NCBI RefSeq assembly: GCF_052425735.1
Contig: NC_135758.1
Location: 2,852,001-2,916,000 of the forward strand
Direction of reading: 5' to 3'
DNA from: Oculina patagonica
Taxonomy: Eukaryota
DNA length: 64,000 nt
The position numbers and the translations under genes are program-made. Below are positions 36,446 to 49,339 of this stretch, in pieces (the stretch's first letter is position 1; each line of letters begins with the position of its first letter). The notes beneath the pieces are model-generated. The model saw only the letters and a list, made by a program, of their open reading frames with translations, made no database searches and was not told where the DNA came from.

Positions 36446-39400
36446 CGCTATTTGATAATATCACAATATTAATAGCAATAGCCGCAAAACATTCAAACAT
36501 GAGCGGATCTATTCTACAGGTTACAGTGTACTAAAATAGTCCAAAATCATCCATCACTGCTCAAATATTTTAATAGACTGTCATTTTGGTGTACCACTGT
36601 TAGCTAACAGGAAGTTGATTTCAATAACAACTTCAAACAACTTCTGTTGTTTTTTTTTTTTTACTTCCTTTAGCCTTCTAGAACTCACGAACGAACCGCA
36701 AGTAAAAGGCCAATAGTCAACCACTTCCAACAAGGCCTTTGCCAGGGGGTCCGATATAACACGTATTTCCTTTGCACGTACGTTTCTGAGCTTCAGTACC
36801 TATTAAAAGCACTCTAATGTATTCATGAGTTCTTCTGCGAGGGCAATCTTTTAATAAGCCAAGGTTGATATATATTAGTGTCAAGGACCAAACTTCGCTT
36901 ATCAGATAAAACTGATTTCACTTGCGATATTTCAACAGTAGAGTGTAGTTCGATTTTGAAACAACAGATTGAGATATGCGTCAAACGCGTTTTTTCTTCT
37001 TGTTGGGACTTCAGTTGTTTTGTCCGCCGTGAACAGATTCCATTACGCCTAGAACTTCGTTCCGAAAGACTGAACAGTCACTTGGACATTACGGAGAAAA
37101 TCACTGAGGCATCGCTGAACCTCTCTCTGTAGATAAAAGATTTCGCGTTTGCTCAGCAGTAAGGCAAAGTCATAGTCCACAAGTCAACTTCTGCGTTTGT
37201 TCACTGAATGATTCTAGTCTAAACTGGATTGCGTTTTACCGACTGAGTTAAAACTGGACATCTTTTCCTTCAGAAGAAAAAGAAAAGCTGAGAGGTTAAT
37301 GTACATTATACGGTAAGTTCTTGAGCCTTGTTTTTTGTGCCGGGCTTAATAGATTGAATTTATTTAACCAGGATTCACAAACAATAAGCGGTTCAAACAG
37401 TTCGAGGGGAAAAACATTCGCGATACAAAACCCGCAGGTTTAGCAACCAATAAAATGCAATGGCGCTTTGAAAATATATAAGCAAAGATTTTTTTTCACT
37501 CCGATAACGTCACCTGGAGGTTAAAGTGTGGGTGTAGAGGTAAAAATGTGGGTGTAAATCTTTCATGAATGTTTTCCTTAGTCTATGATCCCGAAACTTC
37601 TATTTTTTCTATGAAAAACTGCTTATGATTCTTTTAGAACATAATTAATTTGTGCGAGTAAGCAATTTTCGAAACCATATGACGGGAAATGCACTAGAAT
37701 CAATCATTCGCAAAAATTTAGCATCAAGGCATCTCTATACGTATTGTGTATATCGTTGGCGTTTTTCATTTAATTGTGTAGACGTTTGAATTGTTAAAAC
37801 GTTTTCAACTGTAGAATCGCCAAACAACCAGATTATTGTATCATAAAAGTAAAGCAGAAGAACAATAGTTCCTAGACACAAAGGCATGTTTTCAGTAATT
37901 AGTAACCGTTTAAAAATATTCCTGTTCTTTCTTTGTAAGTTGTTGAACCAATATATGGATGAGTGACTTTGCAAGTACAAGTATTATAACAACTTAGGAA
38001 AACTTAGAGATTAAAAACCTATTGGTTGAAGAACAACAAAAGGAAACTGAAATCAGTATTTGAATATTTGAATAAGATTGGTTATATTACCATCCTTTAA
38101 TTCTGTATGGCGACATGCACGTAATTTAAATCACAGTTTAAAATATTGTCTTAAGTTTAATTGAAAAGTACGTTTTTCTGTACTACAATCAGGAAAAAAC
38201 ACTTCTTTTTTTATCAACTTATCGCTTTAATTCCCAAATTTAATCAAAAAGGAATTTCTTTTACCAACTGAACGCATTGTCACCTCAGCAGATAGCTGTC
38301 GAGAATAGAGAGAATGAGTCATCAGCTATCTAAAGCAAAGTCTCTTGATTTACCACAAAAATATTACAAATGACATAAAAGAAACCTATCCCAATCAATG
38401 TTTCGACCTTTAGGCATTCAGTGACTCATGAACCACTGTTGTGAGGTCAATCGTATACAAAAATCCCTGTACATTATAATCGCTTTTTTTATCTTCTTTT
38501 GCAGCAGTAAGCAAGGGAAAAAGAAAGCGAAGCTATTTTTAGTGCTCTTGAACTGAAAAGGAAGATATTTAAATGCTCTTTGTAGGAAATCCGGCTGGGG
38601 TGCTCAGTTTTGTCAAAGGAGACATTCCGCATACTTCAATATCAACGTAATGCTTTTCTTAGTGAAAACCTTGTCACACTGTCATTACATAAGAACACGT
38701 GCACGATTATATAAGACATTATTAACACATTATATAAGAACAAGATTGTCCTTAAGATGGCCCTTTGCATGAAATTACCGTCCTATATTTAGTTTCAATG
38801 TATTTGCAGCTTTCTACATTCTTTGTTTTAATACTTTCAGGTCTGCTGCCAACAAGTCTACACGATGTTACCAAACGGTTCGGAACCTGGAAACACAACG
38901 CTTCACCCTATGCTGTCATGTCGGCATAATTTTGCCTCCAGCATTTCAGTCATAACAGTAGACGTACTTCTAAGTATCCTCGGATCACTTGGAAATCTTC
39001 TCGTTCTAATGGTCATTTTATCGAACATTCGTCTCGCTACGGCATCGAATCTGCTTCTTGCAAACTTGGCCTTTATAGATTTTATATGCATGGCTTTCGT
39101 CGCGCCTGGTGGAATTTACAAAAACTTGTGCAACAGATTTGGTTTTTGTCAAGCGCCCGAGGCATTTGTATTGATTCATCGTGGGCTTGTACAGTTCGTC
39201 GTTACTGCCGCGGTCTCAAGCTTATTTTCGATTGCTGTGGACCGTTTTTTGGCCATTTCCTGTCCTTTCAAGTATACTTCTCTTATGACAAAACGAAGAA
39301 CCGCCTATTGCATTTGCCTTACGTGGATAGCTGGGGCGTTGGTATCTTCAATTTTCATGGGCTTAAACTTCGTGTATTTTCAATCTGCTTATTGCACCCT

Positions 39401-40416
39401 GTTGATCTTGGTGACTATCTCTCTGTACATTCATATCTTCTTATTTGCGTTGAAGAAGGAAAGACAGATTGCTGCTTTGCAGATCACAAATGTAAAAAGA
39501 ACCACAAATTTCCTACACGAACGAAAGTCGACGAAGACAATGGCAATTATATTGGGCATCTTCGCCGCTGCTTGGATTCCAGCAGTGGTATTTTACATAG
39601 TTGTTACACCTGCAGATCCAAGGTATCTCGACATTCAAGGCTGGATAAATACGTTCTACTTCCTGAATGCCACTCTAAATCCATTTATTTATTGCGTACG
39701 GAGTGTGAACTTTCGCAAAAGGATAAAACTGCTGGTGAAGTCTTCTATGATTCGGTTTAATTTATAACTGGATCGAATGTTAAGTGTACAATATTGCGGA
39801 GAGAGGAAAATATAAGAAAATGATCGTTACATAAAACAAATGTTACATTTCAGGTTCCAGCAATTAAGCAAAGATAGTTGATGAAAGAAAAAAATTATTA
39901 AGGATTATATGTTAAAGATGCTTCCTTGATAAATTCTCACCCAGTCTCAAAAAAAAGCACAAGAAAATTGTGACTTGAAACTGCAACTAACTTTACTGTT
40001 GCGTCATGACGTCATCAGTTGCGCTCGTCACACGCGTGTGTATCACTTATCCAATCATCTTTCAATCGATCGACTGATATAGTTATGATTGACGCAAATT
40101 ACACTCGTCGATACTTTGACGCTCCTCGCATAATTTTCAATCCTGCTTGTTTTGAATTACTGTGCAAAATTGCTGATACATTATGAAGAATACTAGCAAT
40201 TTGACTCTATGCAGAACAGGGTTTTTCGTGCTTTTTAGGACATTCATGACAACAGGGCGGTTTTTGCTTAATTGCAAAGCAGAGGAATATCCATTTGCTA
40301 TTACAATGTCGGATCTGTCAATTTTAATTTGGTAATTTTCTTTGACGTCTGAAATCAACCAGCTTAGTGCAAAATTAATAAAGCCTAATGGAAGGATCCA
40401 CGTGATATGCCAAAAT
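36446..40416 (+). repeat. Tandem segmental duplication unit 2
   Basis: Colinear with 28393-34007 but lacks three TE insertions present in unit 1. Confidence 0.85.
38865..39767 (+). CDS. Class A GPCR, 300 aa, copy 2 (close paralogue of copy 1)
   Basis: Same motifs (DRF, AWIP, NPFIY); acceptor at 38840; non-coding exon donor after 37312. Confidence 0.92.
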   Translation: MLPNGSEPGNTTLHPMLSCRHNFASSISVITVDVLLSILGSLGNLLVLMVILSNIRLATASNLLLANLAFIDFICMAFVAPGGIYKNLCNRFGFCQAPEAFVLIHRGLVQFVVTAAVSSLFSIAVDRFLAISCPFKYTSLMTKRRTAYCICLTWIAGALVSSIFMGLNFVYFQSAYCTLLILVTISLYIHIFLFALKKERQIAALQITNVKRTTNFLHERKSTKTMAIILGIFAAAWIPAVVFYIVVTPADPRYLDIQGWINTFYFLNATLNPFIYCVRSVNFRKRIKLLVKSSMIRFNL

Positions 40417-42718
40417 AGTGTTTCGCCTCCAGCTAGCTAGCTGGAGGCGAAACACTAGCTAGCCCGGAATTGAACTTTTCAGTCTTTCTTGTATGGACTT
40501 CGCATCCCTTGGTCCTTTCCAGAAAGACCTCGAATGCCGTTCTCTCTGCACGGCCCTCGCGCTTCGATTGTAATATTATGCAAAGAGAAACCCGAGAGAG
40601 AATCGAAACTCGATATACGAGAAGGTATTAGCAAGTGTAAAGCCGAGTTTACACGAGCAATTTTTATGTGGTAATTTTTAAGTGACAACTTTTATTTGCT
40701 CGTGTAGGCGGTGTAGATGAGAAACATTGGTCAAAAAGCGCGTATAGCAACAGTTAAATTCTTTTTTTGCTATCTCTTTTGTGACGCACCATCTTGAAAC
40801 TAATTAGTTTAACACGAGTTTACACCCATCAGAATAAAACAGGACGAAAGCTGTGGTCATTGCCACAAAACATTACGGATTATAAAATGTAGATTTTCTC
40901 GGCAGCGATGAAAGGTGTATGGACGGAAGATGTAGCTGTTTACTTTATTTCTTGGAAAAAGCAAATGAGTTGAATCGCAGCTTGGACAGTGCTTGGCCAA
41001 TTCGACAATGATAACTGTTGTATACTGATCTCACAAACAATGAATTTGACGTGTTTTTCTTTGCTACCTTTTATAGCAACCTATGTGACGCTTTTAGTTG
41101 CTTTTGTTTATAAATACTTGATACTGCATATTTTTTAGTATTAGGCGACTCGCTAGAGAACATTCACAAACGACAATATTACTGTAACACTATGATAAAA
41201 ACATCATGTTCTGCTTCAAAAGCTACTTTAATACTCAAACATGTAAGGCTACCTACTGAACTATATTTCCTTTCGAATTTCAAAGCCAAACATATTTTTC
41301 CTTTAACGACCTCGACGATAAAATCGGATATTACGCATCAATGTTGGTCATGGCGTTGGCGTATAAAATGGACTCCACAAAGCACAGGTGAATAATGACT
41401 CTTTAATAGAAGGACCTATAATTATATTAGACAATATCAAGTCATGCGATCGACAAAAGGAACAACTGAGAAAGTTTTTATTACCCTGCGATTTGTTTTC
41501 AATGGAGCCAGGGATAGTTTGGTATTATACCGTAGATGTGGTAAACATAACACGGCAACACGCCGTGCAACTTCACCTACGTGATGTAACTCCGTAATGA
41601 TCGAGTGTTGCACAAGGCTGAGCTGGATTATTGTGGATTATTATATTGGTTATTATTCTGATTATTAAATGCTCAAATAAAACAGAAAATTAAAAAAAAA
41701 AAACGAACTGTGCAGTGTACTGCGTTGGCGGCCAAAAGGAAGCAATATATCGCCTTAATATTAATTATCAAAAAAAGTTTATATGAAAATCTAACACACG
41801 CCAATTTGGTTTTCCAACCAAAGCGTTTTCAGTGACTCAGTTCTGAGACAAACCGTTAGTTAACCAAAAAGTCTTCTGTTAATGGCTATAGTCAACCAAC
41901 TGGTGGATTGTGTTAATTACACACTTCGTTTGCGTGTACGCGTGTGGCATTGTCAAAAATGTTGACGACTCAGAAAGAAGTACGATCCTAATGGTGAATA
42001 TTTTCACTTGTTCTGCTGTGAATATTCAACTAAAACCTTAACTTATGGGTCTCAATAAAACACTTTTCCAACAATTTAGGATTGAAAAGGCTGATGACAA
42101 CTAAACAACGTTATATGTCGCGGCTTCACCGCTTCCGTGTCGCTCTCGCGCGTGCCCCAAGGTGAGCCTGCTCGCAGGCTACCAAATCCATTAATCAGTC
42201 ACCATATAAAAGACCAAAAATAAAATTACTTGTTTTGTAAACTACTAGGCTCAATTTGCAGCTATTTTAAGAGTCCGGTTGTCATCATCCGGCAAAAATC
42301 GAGCCTAGTAATAGTGTGTCTTTATCCGATTTTTCTCTCTTTCTCTCTCTTTCTTTTTATGCTTGAATTTTGTGCTATCTTGCCGGCCTGTAATTTATTT
42401 TCATTTTTAGTTGACCAAAGCAGCCAGTTAACATTAGCATTAAAATGCTAATGTCAATTGGCTGCCTGGCTCAACTAGCCCTGTGGTTATTTCAGGCAGC
42501 CACCACTCTAATCTTATTTCAAATATTTTTTGGGTAATAATCTTTTTAAAGGCAAGAAAAAGTACAAATAAAGTTGTTATTGTCTAGTAAGCTACGTATA
42601 GGGGCGCACAGATGAGGCAGTGTCCATTTTTAAGCTTGTTCTTTTAGCTATCATCTATAAAATATTTTCCATCTTCCTGTTTTCAGACTTAAAGCCACGA
42701 AACACGCCGGCATGCACA

Positions 42719-42860
42719 ATGTACCCTAACGCCACTGATATTGCCTCGACAAACACGAGCCATTCATGATACCAAGTTTATTGACTGGTGTGGCATCACG
42801 GCCCGCGATGCACACATTGCGATCGTAGGAACGCTGGCAAATCTCCTTGTATTTTAACAG
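42719..42860 (+). pseudogene. Truncated, frameshifted GPCR pseudogene related to copy 3
   Basis: MYPNATDIASTNTSHS* versus MYDNDTYITSTNASHY; shared ATACCAAGTTTATTGAC and ATCGTAGGAACGCTGG.AAATCTCCTTGTATT; upstream ~41055-42100 matches ~44930-45965. Confidence 0.85.
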
Positions 42861-45800
42861 ACTTCCAGCAAAGCTGTCAAAAATGGCAAGAATTTTTAAT
42901 CAGAGAGGAAATTATAACTTTCGGCAATGCTGTTGCTTTATATAGAAATGTCTTCACAAGAGAAGTCTACATTTGTTCCTCGTATCCTAAATATGTGGAT
43001 TTATCGCAATTTTCAACATTTTTAGTCATTCCAGTTCTTTTGGTATGTTAGAACTTCTTTAGCTAGAGATTTCCTACCTAATATATTTCTAGGTTTATTT
43101 CGATGACATACATTTATCGTGACATAGCCCCTCTAACATAAAAGAAGTTAGCGGTGTTTTATATTATCGCGGTTTACCACCAGGCACATTACTGGTTAAC
43201 CACTCAGACTGTGCGTTATATCGGTAATGTTTAAATAAAAATCTTTATATAGGAAAAACTTGATGTAGGATAAGTTACGGTATTTTTTTAAGTACCTAAG
43301 AAATATATGTTTTCGTCATGTTCTTGTATCAAAAACCTTTATTCCACGGAATTTTGTTAACTAATCCATCCTGATGAAATAACTCCGGTATCCCACGAGT
43401 AAAATATCAGTGCATGGTTACTTGGGAGTATCTCCGGTGACAAAATTATCGATCAAAATGATCAAACTTAAGGGACATTATGTACAACCATCACGACAGA
43501 AAAGTTCAAATGCTTACTAAAGTTTATTTCCATTTTTTTTATTTTTTTATTTTAGCTCGTCCAAAATAAAGCGACCGATATATCGAATCTCAAACTTTTG
43601 AAGGTCACAGGCAAAGCCAGATATATTGAATCTAGAAATATTCTGTGTCGGTAGTGGTTTGTCGGCATGTATGTTCGCGGTTAAAAGTGAAGATAGTATA
43701 ATATTCCTACTGCATCCTATTTTCACGTCGGAAAGGTGCGCTAATTCATGAAACAATTTGTTTTTCCACTGAATAAGGCTACACAAACTGATATAGTATA
43801 ATTATTCCTGATAAAATGGATAATTATTTAACAACTGCATCGTCAACTTGTAAATTCTTTTGTCGTTGTTTAATTTTTTGTTAGCGCAACATAAGTGTCA
43901 CATTAAAAATATACCAAATAACCATTTTTCGGCTATTAACTTTGTTTTGACCACAAGCACAACTGATATTACTACTTGAGGCCACTTGAATTCAAATATT
44001 TCTTTATATAGCTTCTGATAACAAAATCAGTGGCATTCGGCATGTTTACATTGTTTTTTCTATTTACCTGTTGGGAAAAAATTAACAGCTTTATTGAGAT
44101 CCCTGAACTTCTGAGATTATCCGAAATTACAACTGATCGCTCATTCCAAATGTAACCAGCTCTATTTACTGGGCTATTTTTAACCGCAATTTCTTTCTTC
44201 TTTTTCTTTTTTTACGATCCCAAATTCTAGCGAAAGCCAGACTAATCATTAAGTAGAATATTAAATTAGTGAATCAGAGAATTAAGAACGTAAAAGATTT
44301 TACATGCATGTCAAATGTTTTGTAAGTGATTAAAGCCAAAAGGTTAAGTAAAATATAGGTAAAGCCTTCCGAACCATGCATTATAGAGCACCGATATTGC
44401 CCACGTTGGAGCAGTACGTGTGACGTTTCATTCAGTTTCATCAATTTCAATCAACGAACAACTTTTGGCGAACGAGTCGAGATTAATTCAGAGCGAGGAC
44501 ACTACTACTTCAAAACGCAATTTAGTTTTTGGTTCAATTCTTTTGCAGTTTGAGCAGGTAATCTTCGACTTTAGTTTTTTAGTTAAATTCTTTCCTTGTT
44601 AATTAACTCCACTGTTATGCTTTCATATCTTGAAACTACGTTTGAATAGGTTTTTGAAATGGACTTGTACGTGAGTGCAGCAACACAGGTTTTCACCCCG
44701 GCTTAAATCAAGTAAAAAGGCCGGGAAAAAAAAAGAAAAGTGTGAAAATGACAAGCCTTTTCCAAAGGGTAGATTTTCTTGACAACAAAGTGAGGTATAA
44801 ATAAAGGCAGAAATTTGTTTGCAAAATTTCACGAAAAAAGCACTGTTAAGCGCACTGATTAGCAGTTTTAAGCGTTACAGCTTCGCCAAATCGATGTTAC
44901 AAATCTAAGAAATAGCGAATTTCGCGCGTTTTTTTGCTGCCTTTTATAGAAACGTATTTGACGCTTTTAGTTGCTTTTGTTTATAAATACTTGAAACTAT
45001 TTAAATTAAATTCGTTTTTCAGTACAAGGACTTACTCGTTTATTCACGAACATAAATGTTATTGTAACACTAGTACTACGATAAAAACATCGTGATCTGT
45101 TTTAAAAGCTAATTGTTTAAACGTATATATATTAAACTACCCAGTACTTTATATTTTCATTCGAAGCATTTTTCTGCGTAACAACTTCGACGTTAATACG
45201 GGATATTACGCATTAGTTTTGGTCATGGCGTTGTGTTTAATGGCCCACTTCAGCAAGCCAAATATGGTTCGCCTACGCGTGGCTACTTGAGGATTCACGG
45301 TGGAGTACACAAAACAAAAGTTAATGATTAATTAGGCAATATCAAGGTAGTTCGGTCAACAATAGCTACAATAAACGTTCTTTTCTACCCTGCAATTTGT
45401 TTACAAAGGAGCCTGAGTTTTGCATTATACCGCAGATTGCGTGAACACAAAACTTCGTGCAACTTCATCTACGTGATGTAACGTGCGCCGTAATGATCGA
45501 ATGCTCCGCCAGGCTGAGCTGGATTATTTTATTTAATGCAAAAAGAAAGAAAATTAAAGAGAGAGAGAACAAAATTTTAAACTGCGTTGGCGACCAAAAG
45601 AAATCAATATCGATTTATTATCGAATAAAAGCGGCCTTGTATATTAAAAAATGATACGAGCAACTTTTGTTTTCGAGGCAAGGCGTTTTCAGCCCGTTGC
45701 AAGACAATGAACACACTCTTTATTCAAAAAGTATTCTGTTTGCCGTACATGACCGTTATATTTCTGGTGGGTGATTTTAATTGTTCGCTGCGTTTGCGTA

Positions 45801-46644
45801 CGTGTGCGGCATTGACAAGAAAGTTAATGACTCAGACAAAGAATAAGTTATGATCTTATGTAGGTAAACATTTTCTACACTAATCTTTTCTGTTCCGTTC
45901 ATCCGAATAACCTGAACCGGTTTCAATAGAACACTTTACTATTTTTGAACTGAAAAGGTTGAAAAACTTAATTTCTAAACAGTCTGACGGAAAGGCGTAT
46001 TTTCCAATTCAACCGTTCTAGCCAGTCAACCGTATCAGTTAGTCAGTCAGAATGCACGTAGAAGGTAAAAAAGACTATTTTTGTAAAATACACGTAAACT
46101 GAAATTTTGCGTGGTCATGTTCGCAGGGGTATACTAGCTCCTTCCATATGAGCAGGGGCGCTGCCAACACTTCTCTTCTGACTATCCGACTAACCTACAC
46201 AAAGAAAAGCAATTTATGTAAGTTTCGTGTATAGCAAAATATTGCGTGGTCGTTTCCGCGGGGTTGCCAGCTCCTTCCATCTAAGCTAAGGACAGGCTCC
46301 GCTGAGATGTATTCATAGCATGACTCGTAAACTGGACAGCAATCAAATGATTACATGTGAACTCATCAAGAATGATGCTGACTTGTAAAGCCAGCTTGAG
46401 ATAACAACTGAACGTAAATCGGTGAAGGAAGCGTTGTGGAAACTTTATCGATGGGCTCTGAAAGATGACTGAACTTGAAACTTATTTTATTTAGCATGCA
46501 TGAACGGAAAGTAGATGTGAGTTTTGTACTTTTCTGCTGAAAGGTCTTAGCATTGCTTATTTCACTTATTGTTTAACTTAAAGTCTTTAATGAAAATGAA
46601 TTGTTCAACAATAACAACAAAAAAATCAATATTATTTACTAGTT

Positions 46645-46860
46645 ACACACTTGATAATTTCGACATTGCTGATCCTAGCAGTATGCAGGACGCGTGTCAC
46701 ATATACACCTAGTAAATAGCTCACATCACCGCCTCGAGTCTCCCGTGGCTCAGTTGGTTAGAGCGCCCACCGGTATCGGAGGGGCTCGATTCCCGTCGGG
46801 GAGTCAGATTTTTTCTTTGTCCCATGCTGTTTCATTGTTGATCAATTCATCTTCATTACC
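46645..46860 (+). mobile_element. SINE-like repeat with internal tRNA-like region
   Basis: A-box TGGCTCAGTTGG (46746), B-box GGCTCGATTCC (46783), acceptor-like stem CTCCC..GGGAG, followed by a T run; anticodon arm degenerate. Confidence 0.6.
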
Positions 46861-46938
46861 CATCTTTATTATTTACTATCTTTAAGTCTTTATTTTTTTC
46901 CTGTTTTCAGATCATCATCCTCGCAACATAGCGGCATA

Positions 46939-47811
46939 ATGTACGATAACGACACTTATATCACCTCAACAAATGCCAGCCATTATATACCAAGTTTATT
47001 GACCGGTGTAGCAGTCATCACGGCCGATGGACTCATTGCAATCGTAGGAACGCTGGGAAATCTCCTTGTATTAACAGTAATTTTCGTCCACATTCGTTTC
47101 TCCACCGTCTCCAATATCTTAATCGCGAACTTGGCTTCAGTTGATTTACTAACTGCGTGCGTGCTGATACCAGGTGATATGTACCGGCACGTGTGTGACC
47201 GAATGGGGTATTGTGATGTGGACAAAACGGTCGTGTTGATGGTCAAAATACTGGCTCAGTTTGTAGTGACCGCTGCCTCAACCAGCTTATTCGTTATTGC
47301 AGCAGAACGTTTTATCGCCATTGCTTTTCCATTTCGTTACAAGACACTGTTCACAAGAAGGCGCGCCATTGCATGCGCTGTCCTAACTTGGGTCTTGGGA
47401 GCAATCATAACTGGTGTTTTCAACGGTTTAAACATCGTCTATATTCAAATTATTTATTGCATTTTCTTGATACTGGTGACGTTTTTCCTTTACATTTACA
47501 TTTTCTCCATCGCTTTTAAGCACGAGAAAAAAATTGCTTCGATGCAGGTCGATTATTACTCAAGGACCGCGCAACTTCCCTGGGAGAGCAAGTCTGCAAA
47601 GACGATGGCCATTGTGCTGGGAGTGTACGCACTTTGTTGGGTTCCCTCAGTGGCGTTTTACTCAGTGGTTCAAAGAACTGATTGGATATATCCCAGAATG
47701 CATTTCTGGATGAAAACGGTGTACTATTTAAATGCCGCGTTAGATCCATTTATTTACTGCGTACGGAGTGAAAAATTTCGCAAATCAGTCAAAAGACTTG
47801 TTAAGCACTGA
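46939..47811 (+). CDS. Class A GPCR, 290 aa, copy 3 (diverged paralogue)
   Basis: Seven TMs, GN, LAxxD, ERF, CWVP, DPFIY; acceptor at 46910. Confidence 0.92.
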   Translation: MYDNDTYITSTNASHYIPSLLTGVAVITADGLIAIVGTLGNLLVLTVIFVHIRFSTVSNILIANLASVDLLTACVLIPGDMYRHVCDRMGYCDVDKTVVLMVKILAQFVVTAASTSLFVIAAERFIAIAFPFRYKTLFTRRRAIACAVLTWVLGAIITGVFNGLNIVYIQIIYCIFLILVTFFLYIYIFSIAFKHEKKIASMQVDYYSRTAQLPWESKSAKTMAIVLGVYALCWVPSVAFYSVVQRTDWIYPRMHFWMKTVYYLNAALDPFIYCVRSEKFRKSVKRLVKH

Positions 47812-47896
47812 TCGAGGCGATTTCGTTCCAGGACTTTGTTTTACAAGTACAATGAAACGTTTATAAATAATTGAAGTCGCACTTGATGCTAGTGAC

Positions 47897-48019
47897 TGAC
47901 TCGTCCCCATTCGTCCTTATGCGAAAATTGCAAGACGCGAAGGATGTCTCGCCTTTCCTGCTTCCCATCAAACTTCGCGTCTTGCAATTTTCGCATAAGG
48001 GACGACTGGGGACGAATCA
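47897..48019. mobile_element. Hairpin MITE just 3' of GPCR copy 3
   Basis: About 50-bp near-perfect inverted arms TGACTCGTCCCCA..CCTTATGCGAAAATTGCAAGACGCGAAG. Confidence 0.7.
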
Positions 48020-49339
48020 ACACCATAAACGTAACTGACGAGTTTAAGCTCTGGACTCATACAAATTCGTAAAAGATTTTTGTGTTAGCTTATTACCGAA
48101 AGAGCTTATATCCAGGTGGGTTTTTAAGCAGCAAAAAAAGCCGACGTCTGTAAACTAGCTGCGAACATACGCCTTTTAAAAGGCGATGTATCCTATCCTT
48201 GCTGAGGCTCACCACGTCTGAAATTGTCGTTTTACTTTGGAAAATGTTAAGGTCGGCTTATTTGTCCTTTGGTTATATGAGATGGTGCATCGATTACAAA
48301 AGTGCAGAGAGATGCCAATTAGGACGAGAAGGCATTCAAAAACTAGCCAAGAATTTAAGCTACTTGGCAATCAGCAAAGACGTTCATCATATGCGGTTAA
48401 TATCAATAGAATGAGCTTAACAAGTTGTGGGTACTAAGGTTTACCAACACGAATCAACAAGAGAAAAAAATGCCAATGTGATTACTCTTGCCGTCCGAGC
48501 ACAGGAATACATTTTTTCATTGTATACAGCTAATTCGAGAAAGGTTGTCGAAAAAACGCACAAAAGTGCACGCGACAAGACCGAAAGGTGGTCTGGATAT
48601 TTACTAGAATTTTGCTTATTGGCCTAGAGGAAATGTACAAGTTTGAATTTTTGCACGTGAAGATTTTGTTTTTCCTCTCAGGAGGCCTGTTTCTGTAGCT
48701 TTACTTTTACTGTCGCATATCTCTGAGCTTTGAAAATTGTTCTTAAATTCAGCGTGGCTAAAAGTACCTTGTTTCCACATGTCTGAAGAGAAACAAAACC
48801 TGAAAATTCGCGTTTCTCATGTCGCCATCTTATTAGTATTCAGGGCGTGCAGTAGCTCTCTACTTCTACCCATACTACCTCTCGGTCTTGTTGCGTGCAC
48901 TTTTGTGCTGTTTTCCGACAACCTTTCTCGAATAAGCTGTATATAGCAGTAACGTCAAAACGTATGAAATTAAACAGGTTTGTATCACAAGGTAGAAAAG
49001 GGAAGAGATTATATTAGGAACCAACATCCTGGGCGGACCCTTCTCGAGAAAATATGATGTACTCCGCTTGCCAGCTAGGTAAAGCCAACGATGCAGGCCT
49101 GCAAGCGCTATACATAGAATAAGTCATTTTTAGCCTGAAATTGTTAATTTTGTGATCTATTATACATTGTAAGGGTACTTATTCAGCGTGCAATGGGAGG
49201 GGGGAGGGGGGGGGGGGGGTGATCTTCGATGAGAATAAATTCACATCCATGATTGCCATGCATTTCTTTCTTTTAATGTCCTTCCAATATCTGATGGTCA
49301 ATTCCTGATACATCAAAGCCAAACGGCCGGGACCTGGCT

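Noticed and set aside
39086-39760. 224-aa alternative-frame ORF inside GPCR copy 2
   Set aside because: Not maintained at full length in the close paralogue, where the same frame is broken
46740-46803. Functional tRNA gene
   Set aside because: Anticodon arm is degenerate and the B box is imperfect; better explained as a repeat-derived tRNA-like region
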